DNA from: the human T2T-CHM13v2.0 reference genome, Homo sapiens
DNA length: 64,000 nt
NCBI RefSeq assembly: GCF_009914755.1
Contig: NC_060926.1
Direction: 5' to 3' (one strand)
The notes under the pieces are model-generated. The model did not search any database and was not told where the DNA came from. It was given only the letters and a program-made list of their open reading frames with translations. Shown one piece after another: positions 41,322 through 63,673 of this stretch. A program made the position numbers and the translations under genes. How positions within the stretch are numbered: position 1 is the stretch's first letter; each line of letters begins with the position of its first letter.

Positions 41322-42697
41322 CTAGTCTATCCTAGCCTAGCATTCTGCCAGCCCCAAACCCGGAAGTAGTCTGGAGAACATTGCTTTTATTAAATCACTG
41401 GTTCATTTTTAAAAACCTGCTCCCGATGGTTTTGCATTTTCTTTGAATATCCTGGGTCATGATGGTCTATATCTACATTTGGACTTTAACAATAAATAAC
41501 TGTGGAATCTTAGACTATTTATCAAGAATTTTAGAGCCTTCATTTCCTCCTTTGTATTATAATGTGGATAATGATAGTATAATTCATAGGATTATTTTAA
41601 AAATTAAGTGATTGCTTTGAATGGTGTCTGGCTTATAATAAAATCTCAATTAACATTTCTTTTTGTTGGTCTCAATATTATTAAAACAACTAAAAGAACC
41701 TAAGTGGAAGAAAAATCACACATGCTCTAAGTTAAACTTGTTTGATTATTTTTATAAGACCTTAGCTGAGTGTTTGAGGAGTCATCAATCACCTAGGGTC
41801 AAGTTGTGAGCTAGCAATTGGAAGATAATATGGGAAACAGGCTCTCTAATATTGTTTTACTAAATGTAATTATTTTTTATTTTCTTATTTAAATTAGTAA
41901 TGTTTTTCAAAACTTTAGCTAACCATGTATCAGTATGGGCTGTTACATTAAAAATGTAATATCATTGATGTTGTTCGTCATGAAAATATTCAGAATAGCC
42001 TGAAAAATGTCATACATCATAGAAGAGAGCCAACATGTCTTTATTTCACAAGGGGTATGGGTAAAAATAAATTTTAATAAGACAGAAATCTCATCTTCTT
42101 GTTATAGTAATCCACTTAAATGATTAAATTTCTTTTATCAAATGATTAAATTTCTTTATCAAATGAACATGTAGAGCATTCATCTTACCAAGTTGCAATT
42201 TTTTCCAGAGGAGATAACATTTAGAATTTCATTAAGATTGAAGATCAAAACCACCAATTATTAAAATAACAAGGTAATTATTAATACTCTATATCCAAAT
42301 AAAGACATAAAGGAAGAAAAACATCATATGAAAAATTAGTGACAGTCCGAAATAATTAGCTACCAATGGCCCCAGGACTTTATAGCACATATAATACGAA
42401 ATATTCCCTCCCCTACTTTTCTGTTGCTACATGGCAGAAAACTATGTGAGTCTGTATTTATGACTGGTTGAATTGTTTTGATGAATATTTTATTTAAGTA
42501 ATTGCTATGACCACTGAATTCAATGATATCACTGTTACATCGAGATATTAATCTTTATGCCATGTTTTACAGAAAATTGTATTATTTTCCACATCCAGAG
42601 TACTCTGACTCCATTTACTACTCATTGTTAGAGAATTATAATATAAATAAACTCTATAAAGAGCAACTATTTTCTTTATTCTATTGATCTTACTCTT

Positions 42698-43152
42698 ATT
42701 GAGGTCAAAATAGAATACAGAGACAAATCTCTAAATTTAACATTTTATTTGTGAATCACAGAATTGCAATTTGGGGCACACATACAGATCAGGCAGTCAT
42801 CAGCATGTCTAAAGAACAAAGAAAATGTTGGGGTATTTATTTTAAAGAAATGTTACATATCCTTTTGAAAGAAATCTCTCTGGCACTAGAAAAGCTTTTG
42901 GAAGCTGGCAGTCTCTAACTGGTGAGTGACAGTGGTAGGTAAAACTAGTCTTAGTTATAGCAGGTATTTCAGCAGATACTAAGTGAAACTGGGCTTCGGG
43001 TTACAGCAGGTAGTTTCAGCAGCTGGGCTTGTGGAGAAGTCAATTCTTGGAGCAGTGCTATGTGCCCTGGGTGCTTTTTTTCCTCTGGCCTTTAGACTTT
43101 GATTTAGGTGAGTATGACAAGAATGACCCAATTTGTATAATCAGCATTCACC
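42698..43152 (-). mobile_element. ERV1 solo LTR (MER67-like)
   Basis: gagtatgacaagaatgacccaatttgtataatca end; tttcagcagctgggcttg...gtgccctgggtgctttt. Confidence 0.7.
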
Positions 43153-45538
43153 CTCTTCTCCCCTTGTAATTGCTTCAATATTCATGTCGATAAAACTGAA
43201 ACATCTTATCTTGAGTCTCTGGTTTCATATCCTTCAGTGTTTCAATCCACTTATTGCCTCACTCATGATGGGATATGTCAGCACTTTGTCTTCCTTAAGT
43301 ACTGACTATGAAAATATCAGACACCTAGCTTTGACTCTATTTTCCTTCTCTTCATTCTTTCTATCTCACTTTGTCCCCTGGATTGTTACTTCTTGGTGTG
43401 GAGTCACAGATCCTATCTAGGCAAGAGGGAGTGAGTTAGACAAAGGCATGAACACTAGGAGGGCACTTTAAGAGTCTGCCTACCACAATTCCATTGAATA
43501 TACTTAATTACCCCCTACCCCAGCCATCCTCACACCCAATAGACTTTAAACTATTGGACAGGGATGGTGGGCAGAGACAATGCCTGTTTTGTCTTATGCT
43601 GTCTCTCTCGGGCTTCTAGCAAATTGTCTCATTAACTATTTTTGGATTATTAATAAGTGAAACATAAGAAAACTCTAATAAGCCTCCAAAAAGAAGGATA
43701 ATTTAATCAGGAGCATAAACAATAGATATAGAGCCCTTAGTAACAAGTATCAACTGTAGAGTTGTTAAACCATTTTGCTTTACTCAGCCCTACTTTTCAC
43801 CTCTGCTCTTCCATTCAGTTTCCAGGGACCGAGCATCTCAGCTTCTGCTTTCCTGCTGGCTTGTTAAGATACTCAGTTTTACTCCCTCCTTCAACTTTGT
43901 TCTGGTTATGCTATCTTGATCACAGCTTCTTGCTTGTGGTCAGTGTTCCTGATTATTTATTGAGCAGGACATTGGCTTAACTAGCTGTGCCCCTTTGGAT
44001 GAGTCACTCAACCACTTTAAGCCGTACTTTTCTCAAATCTAAAATGGTAGAAAGAATATCTACCTCAAAGTGGTGTTGTAAAAATTTAAGTGAGAATACA
44101 GGAAATGACTATGCCCATTTCCCAGCAAACATGTCTTAGTTTCTATCCATTTTTCCTTAGCAGCTAGATGTGCAGAAGCTTTGCTAAACTATTCCTTTTG
44201 AACAGGATTTCTTATTGGCACAGGAGCCAATAATTTGATTCGCCAGGCCATTCTTAAATGTTCTATGGGATTTTATAGCTTCCATACAGGGGTAATAGAT
44301 CCACAGGTAATGGGGATGGGGAAAGACAATGGATGGCAAACAATTAGAATCTTCGGTGGAGCTGGTTCAAGGTCCAGATGCTCTCTTTGTGTCCTTTGTA
44401 CAAAGCTGGCGGAAATATATAATTTCTTAAGTGAATAAATGCAAAAAAGAGATATTAGCATGAAATAATGAGATAGGCAACTTGGAAATTCTTTCTTTGT
44501 AAACAATCATATTGTACTTATACTTTTTCAGATATAAAGCACTTTTGTAACTTCAGTAAATAAAACATTAATAAAACCCCAATGTCTTGACCACAGTTAC
44601 GGAATCAGTTCTGAGTTCTTTTTTCCTAAGAACACATTTTACTCTTCGTGTAGTCCCTTGTTTCTTTCATATTTGGGTTATGAAAATGTCATCACTATTT
44701 TCAAGCACAAGTTATTATTTCCTCCTGTGATACTGTTTGAACACTAGGTCTTTGATGTTTCTGTCAGATATACCCAGCAATCATCATCATAACTCATACT
44801 CTTGAATTTTTAATATCACTCCACACACAGAAGTGTCAAGTACCCAGTTCTTTAGTGAATGCACAAAAAATGAAAGAAAAGTTTGTTAAATAAGAAGAAA
44901 GATTGAAATACTGAAATATTCCTCCTGATTTTTGTTTTGATCCCATTGAAAATAAATGGGAAATACATGTTGCTATTTTTTTCATTGCTCTGTCTCACAG
45001 CCACTGTTTGCATCAGATTTTTAAAAAAGAAAATGCCAAGCAGTACATTTTGAATCAGTTTCCACAGAAAGCATTATGTGCATAAAATTTCATATATTAT
45101 CTTTGATATGTAAATATAGGAGAAATAAGTTTCTTTGGTAAATTTTAGCATTTCTTCTTTTCAAAAAATAAAACATAAAATAATAGTCAATGGCCCTATG
45201 GTTGTAAACTATGGTGAATGCATCTGATTCATTTATGCTAGAACTCCTTCCTTATTTCCTCCTTTTTATGCAAACATTATCTTACCAGCCTTAATGGGGG
45301 AGTCACAATAAGTTCCCCTCAGTACTCAGCACAGGGCCATCCATGCTTGCGGAAAGAATGGGCTTTGAATATACATCATGATAAACATTAGTACATTAAA
45401 TAAGCAATTACTTTCTAAGATGATTTTGTTTTTCTACACAATTTAACTCATTAATATAGCTCAGTTATCTGTTCAAATTAACTTAAGATAGCTGTCCAAT
45501 CCTGATTCTGATATTTAATACAAAAACACTTCTTTACA

Positions 45539-45859
45539 GCTGGGGGGGGTGGCTCACACCTATAATCCCAGCACTTTGGGAGACCAAGGCAGGGGAATCA
45601 CCTGAGGTCAGGAGTTTAAGGCCAGCCTGGCCAAGATGGTGAAACCCCGTCTCTACTAACAATACAAAAAATCATAATAATAAAATAAAATAGCCAGGTG
45701 TGGTGGCGGGCACCTATAATCCCCGCTATTCAGGAGGCTGAGGCAGATAATTGCTTGAACCCAGGAGGCAGAGATTTCAGTGAGCTGAGATCACGCCACT
45801 GCACTCCAGCCTGGGTGGCAGAGTGAGACTCTGTCTGAAAACAAACAAACAAACAAACA
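45539..45859 (+). mobile_element. AluSx-like with (AAAC)n tail and expanded middle A-rich linker
   Basis: atcacctgaggtcaggagtt. Perfect 17-bp TSD aaaaacacttctttaca (45522-45538 / 45860-45876). Confidence 0.94.
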
Positions 45860-46694
45860 AAAAACACTTCTTTACAAGACTTTGGTATTCATACTTCAAA
45901 ATTTTGTCATTAATTTTGCTTGTCTACAGAAATTTGATTTTTTTTTTCTGTAAACCAGATGATATGGGTTAGGTTAGGGTCTAACTGGAATATGAAGGAA
46001 GGAGTAGATAACAAGGCCATTTTGAAGAATAAACAACAAAATTAATAACTGATAAGACTCAAAGAGAAGAGGGAAATAACCTAATGGTGTCCAATTCAGG
46101 TGTCTAAAACTACCTAACAGAAAGAGTGGAGCTGATGAATAAATATAAAGAAAAACATGAATGCTGTGTTTGACATATTGTGTTTTGGGCAGAGGCAGAA
46201 CTAGAGAATAGGGCTTCTGACTTCTAATCGAAGACATTCTCCTATTACTTGATTAAGATCTTCCATGAACAAACATCACTTTCATTTACTTTAAACTTCC
46301 AGAAGACAGATTACTTAATATGCCTATCATTTTGACTAATTCATGAAAATGTAACAAATTCATTAGATGATAGGCTTCTACATTTCCTTCCCCATGCATT
46401 AATTTTCAACTGTAAGGTTTAAGATGAATACCAGATATATTCAAGTAGGGAGGGAATCTGACTAATGTTTACAATAAGCTTACCTTGACAGGCACTGTGC
46501 TAGAAACTTCACACTTTGTTTAACCATAGGCCTATGAAGTTATAGATGAATAAACTGGTGCCCAGCTCTCTACTGGTAGAAAGTTGTGGGATTGAGATTC
46601 AAGTCTCAGGTCCAGTAAAATCTTCCTTGTCAGCTCTCAACATGGATAGTTCTAAATGTGTTGAAGCTGCTAGAGGAAATAAAAAATAAAGGCA

Positions 46695-46970
46695 GCCTGG
46701 AATGGTTGCTCACACCTGTATTCCCAGCACTTTGGGAAGCCGAGGTCAGTGGATCACTTGAGGTCAGGTGGTTGAGACCAGCCTGGCCAACATGAAGAAA
46801 ACCTGTCTCTACTAAAAATACAAGAATTAGCTGCGTGTGGTGGTGTGCGCCACCACTCGGGAGGCTGAGGCAGGAGAATCACTTTAACCAGGGAGGCGGA
46901 GGTTGCAGTGAGCCAAGATGGCACCACTGCACTCCAGCCTGAGTGACAGAGCAAGACTCTGTCTCAAAAA
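46695..46970 (+). mobile_element. AluS with a small internal deletion
   Basis: gctcacacctgtattcccagcactttggg...ggatcacttgaggtcagg. TSD aaaaataaaggca. Confidence 0.92.
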
Positions 46971-47970
46971 TAAAAATAAAGGCAATATTCATTTTTCCTC
47001 CCGAGCATACAATACTATCTTTACTATCACCAATGTTTCCTAAATTCTAGTTAAACTAGGTACTACTAACTTAAGCACTTAGAGTGATGAAATCATATCT
47101 CATTAGGTGTCACCTGGAGGGAAGTTAATCTGCCATCACCAGTATCTAACCCCCCTCTACTAACGGGGTCACTAGTATTATTTTCATTGGTTGGGTGCCA
47201 TCTGATCCAATGCATCACCAATCAAATCACCTCAAGGCTAACATAAATTGTGTTTTCTCTAAATAAAAACCAACAAAAATATCTTGCCCTAGCTTAAGCT
47301 AAGAGTGAGGCTTCCTGATAAGTAGGTCATCCAGACTCTAGGGATATGTTTTCCCCATGTTGGACGGAAAGATCTACCCTGTAGTGGAGATGTGAGGTAT
47401 TTGACAAGTGTAATAGATGATTCAAGTCTGATACTAGCAAATTCATTAATACTATGATGAGACTGCAGTCACAGATGGAGAGATCAATCCTTCCCCCAGG
47501 CACTGTCTAACACTGCTTTAAAGGGTAGAAAGCGAAAATGACCTACCTGGTTGTGTCTAAAGTTTGCTTAGGGCAGTCACATTTCACTTTAAGAAGTACC
47601 TGTAGAGCTCTCATATACCAGGTTCCATGTTAGGACCTAGGCATGCAAAGAGAAACAGAACAAGGCCCTGCTCATAAGAGTTTCCAGCGACCTAGAGAAA
47701 CTGGAAAGAAAATAGTCTGGCCCTTTTTGTCAATAAGTCACGTGCATCTATAATAGGAGTGAGAACTTGACGAAAAAATAAGAAGAAAGGCTCAGTCATA
47801 TGTCAGTAAATTTCCCGGGAAAGCAGAAGTATACAAAGTTGTATGTTTGCAATAGTATAAATATATATAGCATAAAATAGTATAAATATACAAACCTTGT
47901 ATATTTGAATAGTACATTATTTCCCAAGTATTTTTGTTATGATTACCAAAGAGAAAAAACCTGGAACTAT

Positions 47971-48052
47971 TTAGGTTGGTGCAAAAGTAATTGTGGTTTT
48001 TGCCATGGAAAGTAATGACAAAAACCACAATTACTTTCGCACCAACATGTAA
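47971..48052. mobile_element. MADE1 (Hsmar1-derived mariner MITE)
   Basis: ttaggttggtgcaaaagtaattgtggtttttgcca...tgacaaaaaccacaattactttcgcaccaac; ~80-bp palindrome of two TIRs. Confidence 0.93.
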
Positions 48053-48540
48053 TATTTCTGGGTAGAGAATGATAGATTATTGGTTTACAAAGACCAGTCT
48101 GAATAGAAAAGGATGGAAAGCAAGGTAAAGTTTGCTGCAGTCTAAAGCTACAAGTACACATTGCTTCAGTTCATGCTGTGTTCCGACAATCCATGGAAGT
48201 CCTCAGAACCCAAATCACTGAAGCTGTAAGTAGAGTCTAGAATACTAATGGCTCTGGGAGGAAATATCCAAAGTCACTGCTGATTCAGCTAGAGAAAATA
48301 CACTGGAGGGAGGAGCCAAGATGGCCGAATAGGAACAGCTCCGGTCTACAGCTCCCAGCATGAGCAACACAGAAGACGGGTGATTTCTGCATTTCCATCT
48401 GAGGTACCGGGTTCATCTCACTAGGGAGTGCCAGACAGTGGGCGCAGGCCAGTGGGTGCACGCACCGTGCGCGAGCCGAAACAGGGCGAGGCATTGCCTC
48501 ACCTGGGAAGCGCAAGGGGTCAGGGAGTTCCCTTTCTGAG

Positions 48541-48756
48541 TCAAAGAAAGGGGTGACGGACGCACCTGGAAAATCGGGTCACTCCCACCCGAATACTGCG
48601 CTTTTCTGATTGACTTAAAAAACGGCGCACCACGAGATTATATCCCACACCTGGCTCGGAGGGTCCTACGTCCATGGAATCTCGCTGATTGCTAGCACAG
48701 CAGTCTGAGATCAAACTGCAAGGCGGCAGCGAGGCTGGGGGAGGGGCGCCCGCCAT
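48541..48756 (-). CDS. LINE-1 ORF0 (71 aa, antisense 5' UTR ORF), intact
   Basis: ATG in strong context (gcaATGG). MAGAPPPASLPPCSLISDCCASNQRD...VTRFSRCVRHPFL* matches primate L1 ORF0. Expression not shown. Confidence 0.75.
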   Translation of the reverse strand: MAGAPPPASLPPCSLISDCCASNQRDSMDVGPSEPGVGYNLVVRRFLSQSEKRSIRVGVTRFSRCVRHPFL

Positions 48757-49211
48757 TGCCCAGGCTTGATTACGTAAACAAAGCAGCGGGAAGCTCCAAC
48801 TGGGTGGAGCCCACCACAGCTCAAGGAGGCCTGCCTGCCTCTGTAGGCTCCACCTCTGGGGGCAGGGCACAGACAAACAAAAAGACAGCAGTAACCTCTG
48901 CAGACTTAAATGTCCCTGTCTGACAGCTTTGAAGAGAGCAGTGGCTCTCCCAGCACGCAGCTGGAGATCTGAGAACTGGCAGACTGCCTCCTCAAGTGGG
49001 TTCCTGACCCCTGACCCCCGAGCAGCCTAACTGGGAGGCACCCCCCAGCAGGAGCACACTGACACCTCACACGGCAGGGTATTCCAACAGACCCTGCAGC
49101 TGAGGGTCCTGTCTGTTAGAAGGAAAACTAACAAGCAGAAAGGACATCCACACCAAAAACCCATCTGTACATCACCATCATCAAAGACCAAAAGTAGATA
49201 AAACCACAAAG

Positions 49212-50228
49212 ATGGGGAAAAAACAGAACAGAAAAACTGGAAACTCTAAAACGCAGAGCGTCTCTCCTCCTCCAAAGGAACTCAGTTCTTCACCAGCAAC
49301 GGAACAAAGCTGGATGGAGAATGACTTTGACGAGCTGAGAGAAGAAGGCTTCAGACGATCAAATTACTCTGAGCTATGGGAGGACATTCAAACCAAAGGC
49401 AAAGAAGTTGAAAACTTCGAAAAAAATTTAGAAGAATGTATAACTAGAATAACCAATACAGAGAAGTGCTTAAAGGAGCTGATGGAGCTGAAAACCAAGG
49501 CTCGAGAACTACATGAAGAATGCAGAAGCCTCAGGAGCCGGTGCGATCAACTGGAAGAAAGGGTATCAGCGATGGAAGATGAAATGAATGAAATGAAATG
49601 AGAAGGGAAGTTTAGAGAAAAAAGAATAAAAAGAAATGAGCAAAGCCTCCAAGAAATATGGGACTATGTGAAAAGACCAAATCTACGTCTGATTGGTGTA
49701 CCTGAAAGCGATGGGGAGAATGGAACCAAGTTGGAAAACACTCTGCAGGATATTATCCAGGAGAACTTCCCCAATCTAGCAAGGCAGGCCAACGTTCAGA
49801 TTCAGGAAATACAGAGAACGCCACAAAGATACTCCTCGAGAAGAGCAACTCCAAGACACATAATTGTCAGATTCACCAAAGTTGAAATGAAGGAAAAAAT
49901 GTTAAGGGCAGCCAGAGAGAAAGGTCGGGTTACCGTCAAAGGGAAGCCCATCAGACTAACAGCGGATCTCTCGGCAGAAACCCTACAAGCCAGAAGAGAG
50001 TGGGGGCCAATATTCAACATTCTTAAAGAAAAGAATTTTCAACCCAGAATTTCATACCCAGCCAAACTAAGCTTCATAAGGGAAGGAGAAATAAAATACT
50101 TTACAGACAAGCAAATGCTGAGAGATTTTGTCACCACCAGGCCTGCCCTAAAAGAGCTCCTGAAGGAAGCGCTAAACATGGAAAGGAACAACCGGTACCA
50201 GCCACTGCAAAATCATGCCAAAATGTAA
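49212..50228 (+). pseudogene. L1 ORF1p, disabled by an in-frame TGA at 49599-49601
   Basis: MGKKQNRKTGNSKTQS...QNHAKM, full 1017-bp span; CGA>TGA (CpG decay) at codon 130. Confidence 0.93.
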
Positions 50229-50264
50229 AGAACATCGAGACTAGGAAGAAACTGCATCAACTAA

Positions 50265-54117
<3,853 letters not shown>

Positions 54118-54458
54118 ACAATGAGATCACATGGACACAGGAAGGGGAATATCACACTCTGGGGACTGTGGTGGGGTGGGGGGAGGGGGGAGGGATAGCA
54201 CTGGGAGATATACCTAATGCTAGATGACGAGTTAGTGGGTGCAGCGCACCAGCATGGCACATGTATACATATGTAACTAACCTGCACAATGTGCACATGT
54301 ACCCTAAAACTTAAAGTATAATAAAAAAAAAAAAAAAAGAAAATACACTGGTTGTCCCCAAAGCGGAGGGTGTCCCCAAGTTGGAGGTTCTCCAAAATAC
54401 AAAATGTTTCCTGCGACAAAGGAGAACAGAAGAAAGCAGCTATCTCAGAAGGGGCTCT

Positions 54459-54826
<368 letters not shown>

Positions 54827-55229
54827 TCATATTTTTGTTTTATTTTTTACTGTGTATATTTAAGGTCTATAACATGATGTATGGGATACATAGAAGCAGT
54901 AAAAGGTCGCTATAGTGAAGCAGATTAAGATATCCACCTTCATGCAGTTACCCATTTTTTTTCTAGCAAGAACAGGGAAAATCTACTCACTTAGCTTGAA
55001 TCCCAAATATAATACAATTGTACTACCCATAGTCCTCATGCTGTACATTGGAGTTCTGGACTTGTTCATCCTGCATATCTGCTACTTTGTGTCCTCTGAC
55101 CTACCTGTCTGCATTTTCTTCCCTCACACCTGTCTTTGGTAACCACTCTTTTGTTCTCTATCTCTGTATATTTGAATTTTTTTTAGATTTCATACATAAG
55201 TGAGATCATGCAATTTTTCCATGTCTGGC

Positions 55230-55505
<276 letters not shown>

Positions 55506-55511
55506 TAATAT

Positions 55512-55555
55512 TTCTCTCTCTCTCTCCCTGTCTCTCTCTGTTTCTCTGTCTCTTT

Positions 55556-55597
<42 letters not shown>
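55512..55597. repeat. (TC)n-(TG)~19 compound microsatellite
   Basis: Seen directly. Confidence 0.92.
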
Positions 55598-55599
<2 letters not shown>

Positions 55600-57159
55600 A
55601 TCATATTTTCTTTTCCACTCATCTGTTGATGGACACTTAGGTTGATCCCAAATCTTCACAATTTTTTGAATATGCTGCAGTGAACAAAGGAGTGCAGATA
55701 TCTTTACAAGGTGCTGATTTCATTTCCTTTGGGTATATGTCCAGAGAAGGAATTGCTAGGTCTTATGGTAGCTCTATTTTTAATTTCTAGAAATTTGATA
55801 GTTTTAAAGAAAAGTTGCATATATGAATGTTATCAGGTCTTGAATTTAAATGAGCAAATAATTTTATTTTCTTTGTTTTTGTCTATCTGAATTTAATTCT
55901 ATCCTGAACCCACATCTGTTTCTTGAAGGAAATTTGGTCTTGTAACTTCTAGGTAAGCTTAGTGACTTTTGTTGTTTTTCTCAGTAAATTTGGAGTTTAA
56001 GTTCTGTTGGTTCAGCATTCTTTTCCTTTCCTCCACAGAATGACATTGCAAAGGTAGATGATATACAGAACACTCAGGCATAGGTAAGGGAGAGGCTTCG
56101 GACCCACAGCCATCTCCTGGAGTACATTGAGATGTGCTTGTACCCTTTTGGTCAACTGCTCTCATTACCATTACATTCTCCAAGATGTGTATGAAACTGA
56201 AATGGCCTCATGCCTTTTATCCCAACCATCCCAAAGCTCCATTGGAGACTTGGGGTCTGTCAGTCACTTCTATACCTATCCCTGGGGGAGCAGGAATTTC
56301 AAAATAGTCTCTTGCGTCTTTAGAGGATATAGTATGAACCTGGGTTTTAAATGGAGGTGCTATGACACACAGGTCCATTCTCCTAACATTCCTACACAAA
56401 GATTATGGCACCAATTTGGGGCATGAAGAAATTCTTTACAAACCTTTGGACTGCCCCTTAGGGCTGAGGGAACATGGCTCAGGCCATTTCCATCATCAGA
56501 TCTTCTCAAACATATGTGGAGTTCCCACTGACCTCTCAACCCTCCCAGCCTCATCCCTTGGATTTTATCTAGTGGTATGGAGTACAACCTGGCTAAGTAT
56601 TGGGAACCTGAATCAGGTATGAATCTCATCCTTTTCTGAGGCTTCTCCTTCCCCAGCAGGAGCAAATTTGGTTTAATTAATGGGTTAGATCCATTGTTTC
56701 TTCAGTTTTCTTTTATATGTGCTGTTTCTGGCATAAATTTTATGCTGGGCTATATGTAACACATGATTTGAGATCAAACATGTCTACTGCAAATCAAAAG
56801 TCTTGGCTTTTAGAGAGAATTGTCTCTGCTATAAGTTTCAGAAGTTTGTTTTGGAACTCAAAGCTAAAAATTAGAATTTTTGTTCTATATGCACCGTTTG
56901 GTGTTCTCCACTTAACAAATGATCCTGAAGCAATAAAATGTATTGATTCACTGTGGAGAAGAAGAAAGTTACGGGAGACCATTTATAAATGATGAGCAAA
57001 ATTCTTAATACATTTAAAGTTTTATCACCTCAAACATTTTCCAAACAATAGGATATGAGTAGTTGTCTCTGAATCCATACAGTTTTCAAATCAGAGGAAT
57101 GACAACATGAGATTTAATATAACATAGAAAAACAGGGACAGATTTAAAACTCATCAGGT

Positions 57160-57430
57160 GTTTGTTTATTTGTTTTTTGGGTTCGTTTAGAGACAGGGTC
57201 TGGCTCCGTCACCCAGGCCGGAGTGCAGTGGCGTGATCATAGATCACTGTAATCTTGAGTTCCTGGACTCAAGTGATTCTTCCACCCTAGTCTCCCAAGT
57301 AGGTGGGACTAAAGGTGTGTGCCACCATGCCTTGCTATTTTTTTGTTTTTTAAGAGACAGATCTTCCTATGTTGTGGAGGCCAGTCTCAAACTCCTGCCT
57401 TCAAGCAATCCTCCTGTCTTGGCCTCTCAA
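57160..57430 (-). mobile_element. AluJ, antisense, 5'-truncated
   Basis: gagacagggtctggctccgtcacccagg...gatcatagatcactg...tcaagcaatcctcctgtcttggcctc. Confidence 0.88.
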
Positions 57431-58999
57431 TTGATGATAAGTTTTCTAATCAGATTTAGTGCTTTTCTGGAAAAATCATTAGACAACAATTCTGAAGCTA
57501 AATATTAAGTGTGTGCCTAAAAATTTAGCAAACTTAATGGAAGAGGTCCTCAGAACTCTTTTAAGATCAAACAGTTCAATACTAAAAGTAAAAATTTGAA
57601 TGGAAAAAGAGGGTGTGGGGAAACCAAATTACCTATCCTGTATGCATATTGGAGGTGGAATGAACAGACCAGGGGCATCATGCAAAATTCTCAGGCGCCA
57701 AGTAGAGTGAATAAGTGTGTGGTAATTATTCACAGTGTCAATGCATACAACTGAAAATAGGATCAGTACTTAAATGCTGGATATAATATATTATCAGGTC
57801 AAGACTCATGACCTGATAAAGACCATCTGTATGTCCTTAAATGTCCTTAAATGCTAGATGTAAGCTTGGATATTTGTTTATGTTTATGTGAATGACATTC
57901 CTTCTTTCTTCCTGGGTTTTTGTCCCTCTTTTATTTTGTTCTGTTTATGGAGATGAAGTTCTGCATTAGATAGGATCAGTGAAATATAAACATAGATTTG
58001 TGAGCGTATAAATGAGACTACCCAAAACATTTCCCCTCAAATTAAGACTTTATATTTTGAGACACACTGGAATCAGTGACGTCAGTTTGGAAGCTCAGAT
58101 TTTCCTAGCAACAAATAGTGTGGCTTAGACAGAACGTCAATTTCAACAGTGAAATTCATTGATAGGTTCTTTGAATTTAACTCAGTGGCTCAAGTTCAGT
58201 TTGGAGTAATGCCGGAGGCATGTCTTTGCCCTAAGAATAGTCTATTTCCTCACACCTGAAACATATTCTTATCTCCTTTCCTTTTTTTCTCCAGACTGTT
58301 CAAAATCTGTCCTTTAGCTGCAAGTCTAAACAACAACCAATTCTAGAATATAGTTTTCTCTAAACGTTCATTCTGTTGAAATATTTTAGCGAGTTAACAC
58401 TTAAAATAAAACTTGCTCTGAGGCTTTGAAAAGTGAAAGTGGACGTCTGTACAGATAAAGTATCAAGTTTATTACTATCATGTAAAATTTTACAGTCAGT
58501 GATTATTTCCTTTGGAATAAGATTTATGTACTTCACCTCTGAGGCAAGACCTCATATTCAGCTGTATTTCAAATTCTGTTTTTCACATAGATGCACATTT
58601 CAATATGTTAATATGTAATTTAGGAAACAATTTGGTTGTCTCTAATAGGATTATAAAATTCTCTCTTTCATGTACACAATGCAGGTTGAGAATTTTCTCA
58701 GTGGACATGAATTTTTTTAAATCATTACCAGAAAAGTCTCAAGTACTTTATGCCTGTCTTCTAAATCAATTCTTAATAATTTTCCAAGTGAAAATCCATT
58801 ATGATTAGCTTGACATCTCATACAAACAACTGTGTCAAAATTTTTTTCTCCCAGTTTACCCCCACTGATGTAGTTCAGTTATATGAACTGCTGTTTATAT
58901 TAGATTTGAGAAGGGTTCTGACTTGTGTTCTAACCATACCAAAAAGAAAATTAGAACTTTTTATAATTATGACTTTATGGTTTAGTTCCAGTTTGTTTA

Positions 59000-62965
<3,966 letters not shown>

Positions 62966-62999
62966 AATTTATAGGTTCCTTTCAATCTTGGACTGTTAC

Positions 63000-63670
63000 T
63001 AAAAAGATGCACTGAGTATAATTATACATAATTTACTTCATACTTATTTAAATACTTTTGGAGATTAAATTTCCAGAAATGAATTTCGTAGGTCAATGGT
63101 GTTTATCTTTATAACTTTGGTAGCTATTGCTCATTTATTTTCACAGAGGTGCATCACATTATACTCTCAAAGTAATACATGGGAGTTAGCCCTTACCCAC
63201 AGTCACACCAATAGAGTACATAATCAGACTTTTGTATTTTTGTCAATCTGAGAGGTGAACAATGGTATCGCAATGTAGTTTTAATTTGTATTTATATTAT
63301 TAGTAACTGGAGAGATTTTCTTTTTAACTTTTAAGAACTACTTGTTTTTCTTTTCTGTAAAAGGTCTATTCGTATCCTTTGGCCATTTTTCTTAGATTTT
63401 TATTTTTGCCTTATTGATCTATATGTACTCTTGTACTAGAAAGATTAACCCTTTTTAATATGAGCTGCAGAGGATTTTTAAAAAATATATTGTTGTTTGA
63501 TAGGACTTTCTCTTCTGATTCATTGGTCTATAGAGTTGATCCTGAGTTTCTCTAGCTTTATTAATATAATGAGTTATATATTGTTTTTTAGAGATTTCTT
63601 AATATTATTTGTTTTCCCAAATGACATTAGAATCAGCTTTTCTTCTTCCCAAATAAAAATCTATTTTTAC
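63000..63670 (-). mobile_element. Ancient L1M fragment
   Basis: atggtatcgcaatgtagttttaatttgtattt...gtctattcgtatcctttggccatttt; approximate. Confidence 0.55.
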
Positions 63671-63673
63671 TGG

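Noticed and set aside
54210-54250. Active human-specific L1HS assignment
   Set aside because: The 3' UTR has GAG rather than ACA/ACG, and both ORFs are disrupted.
55959-56665. Dense ORF cluster, possible pseudogene or old LTR
   Set aside because: No protein or repeat family recognisable from sequence alone.
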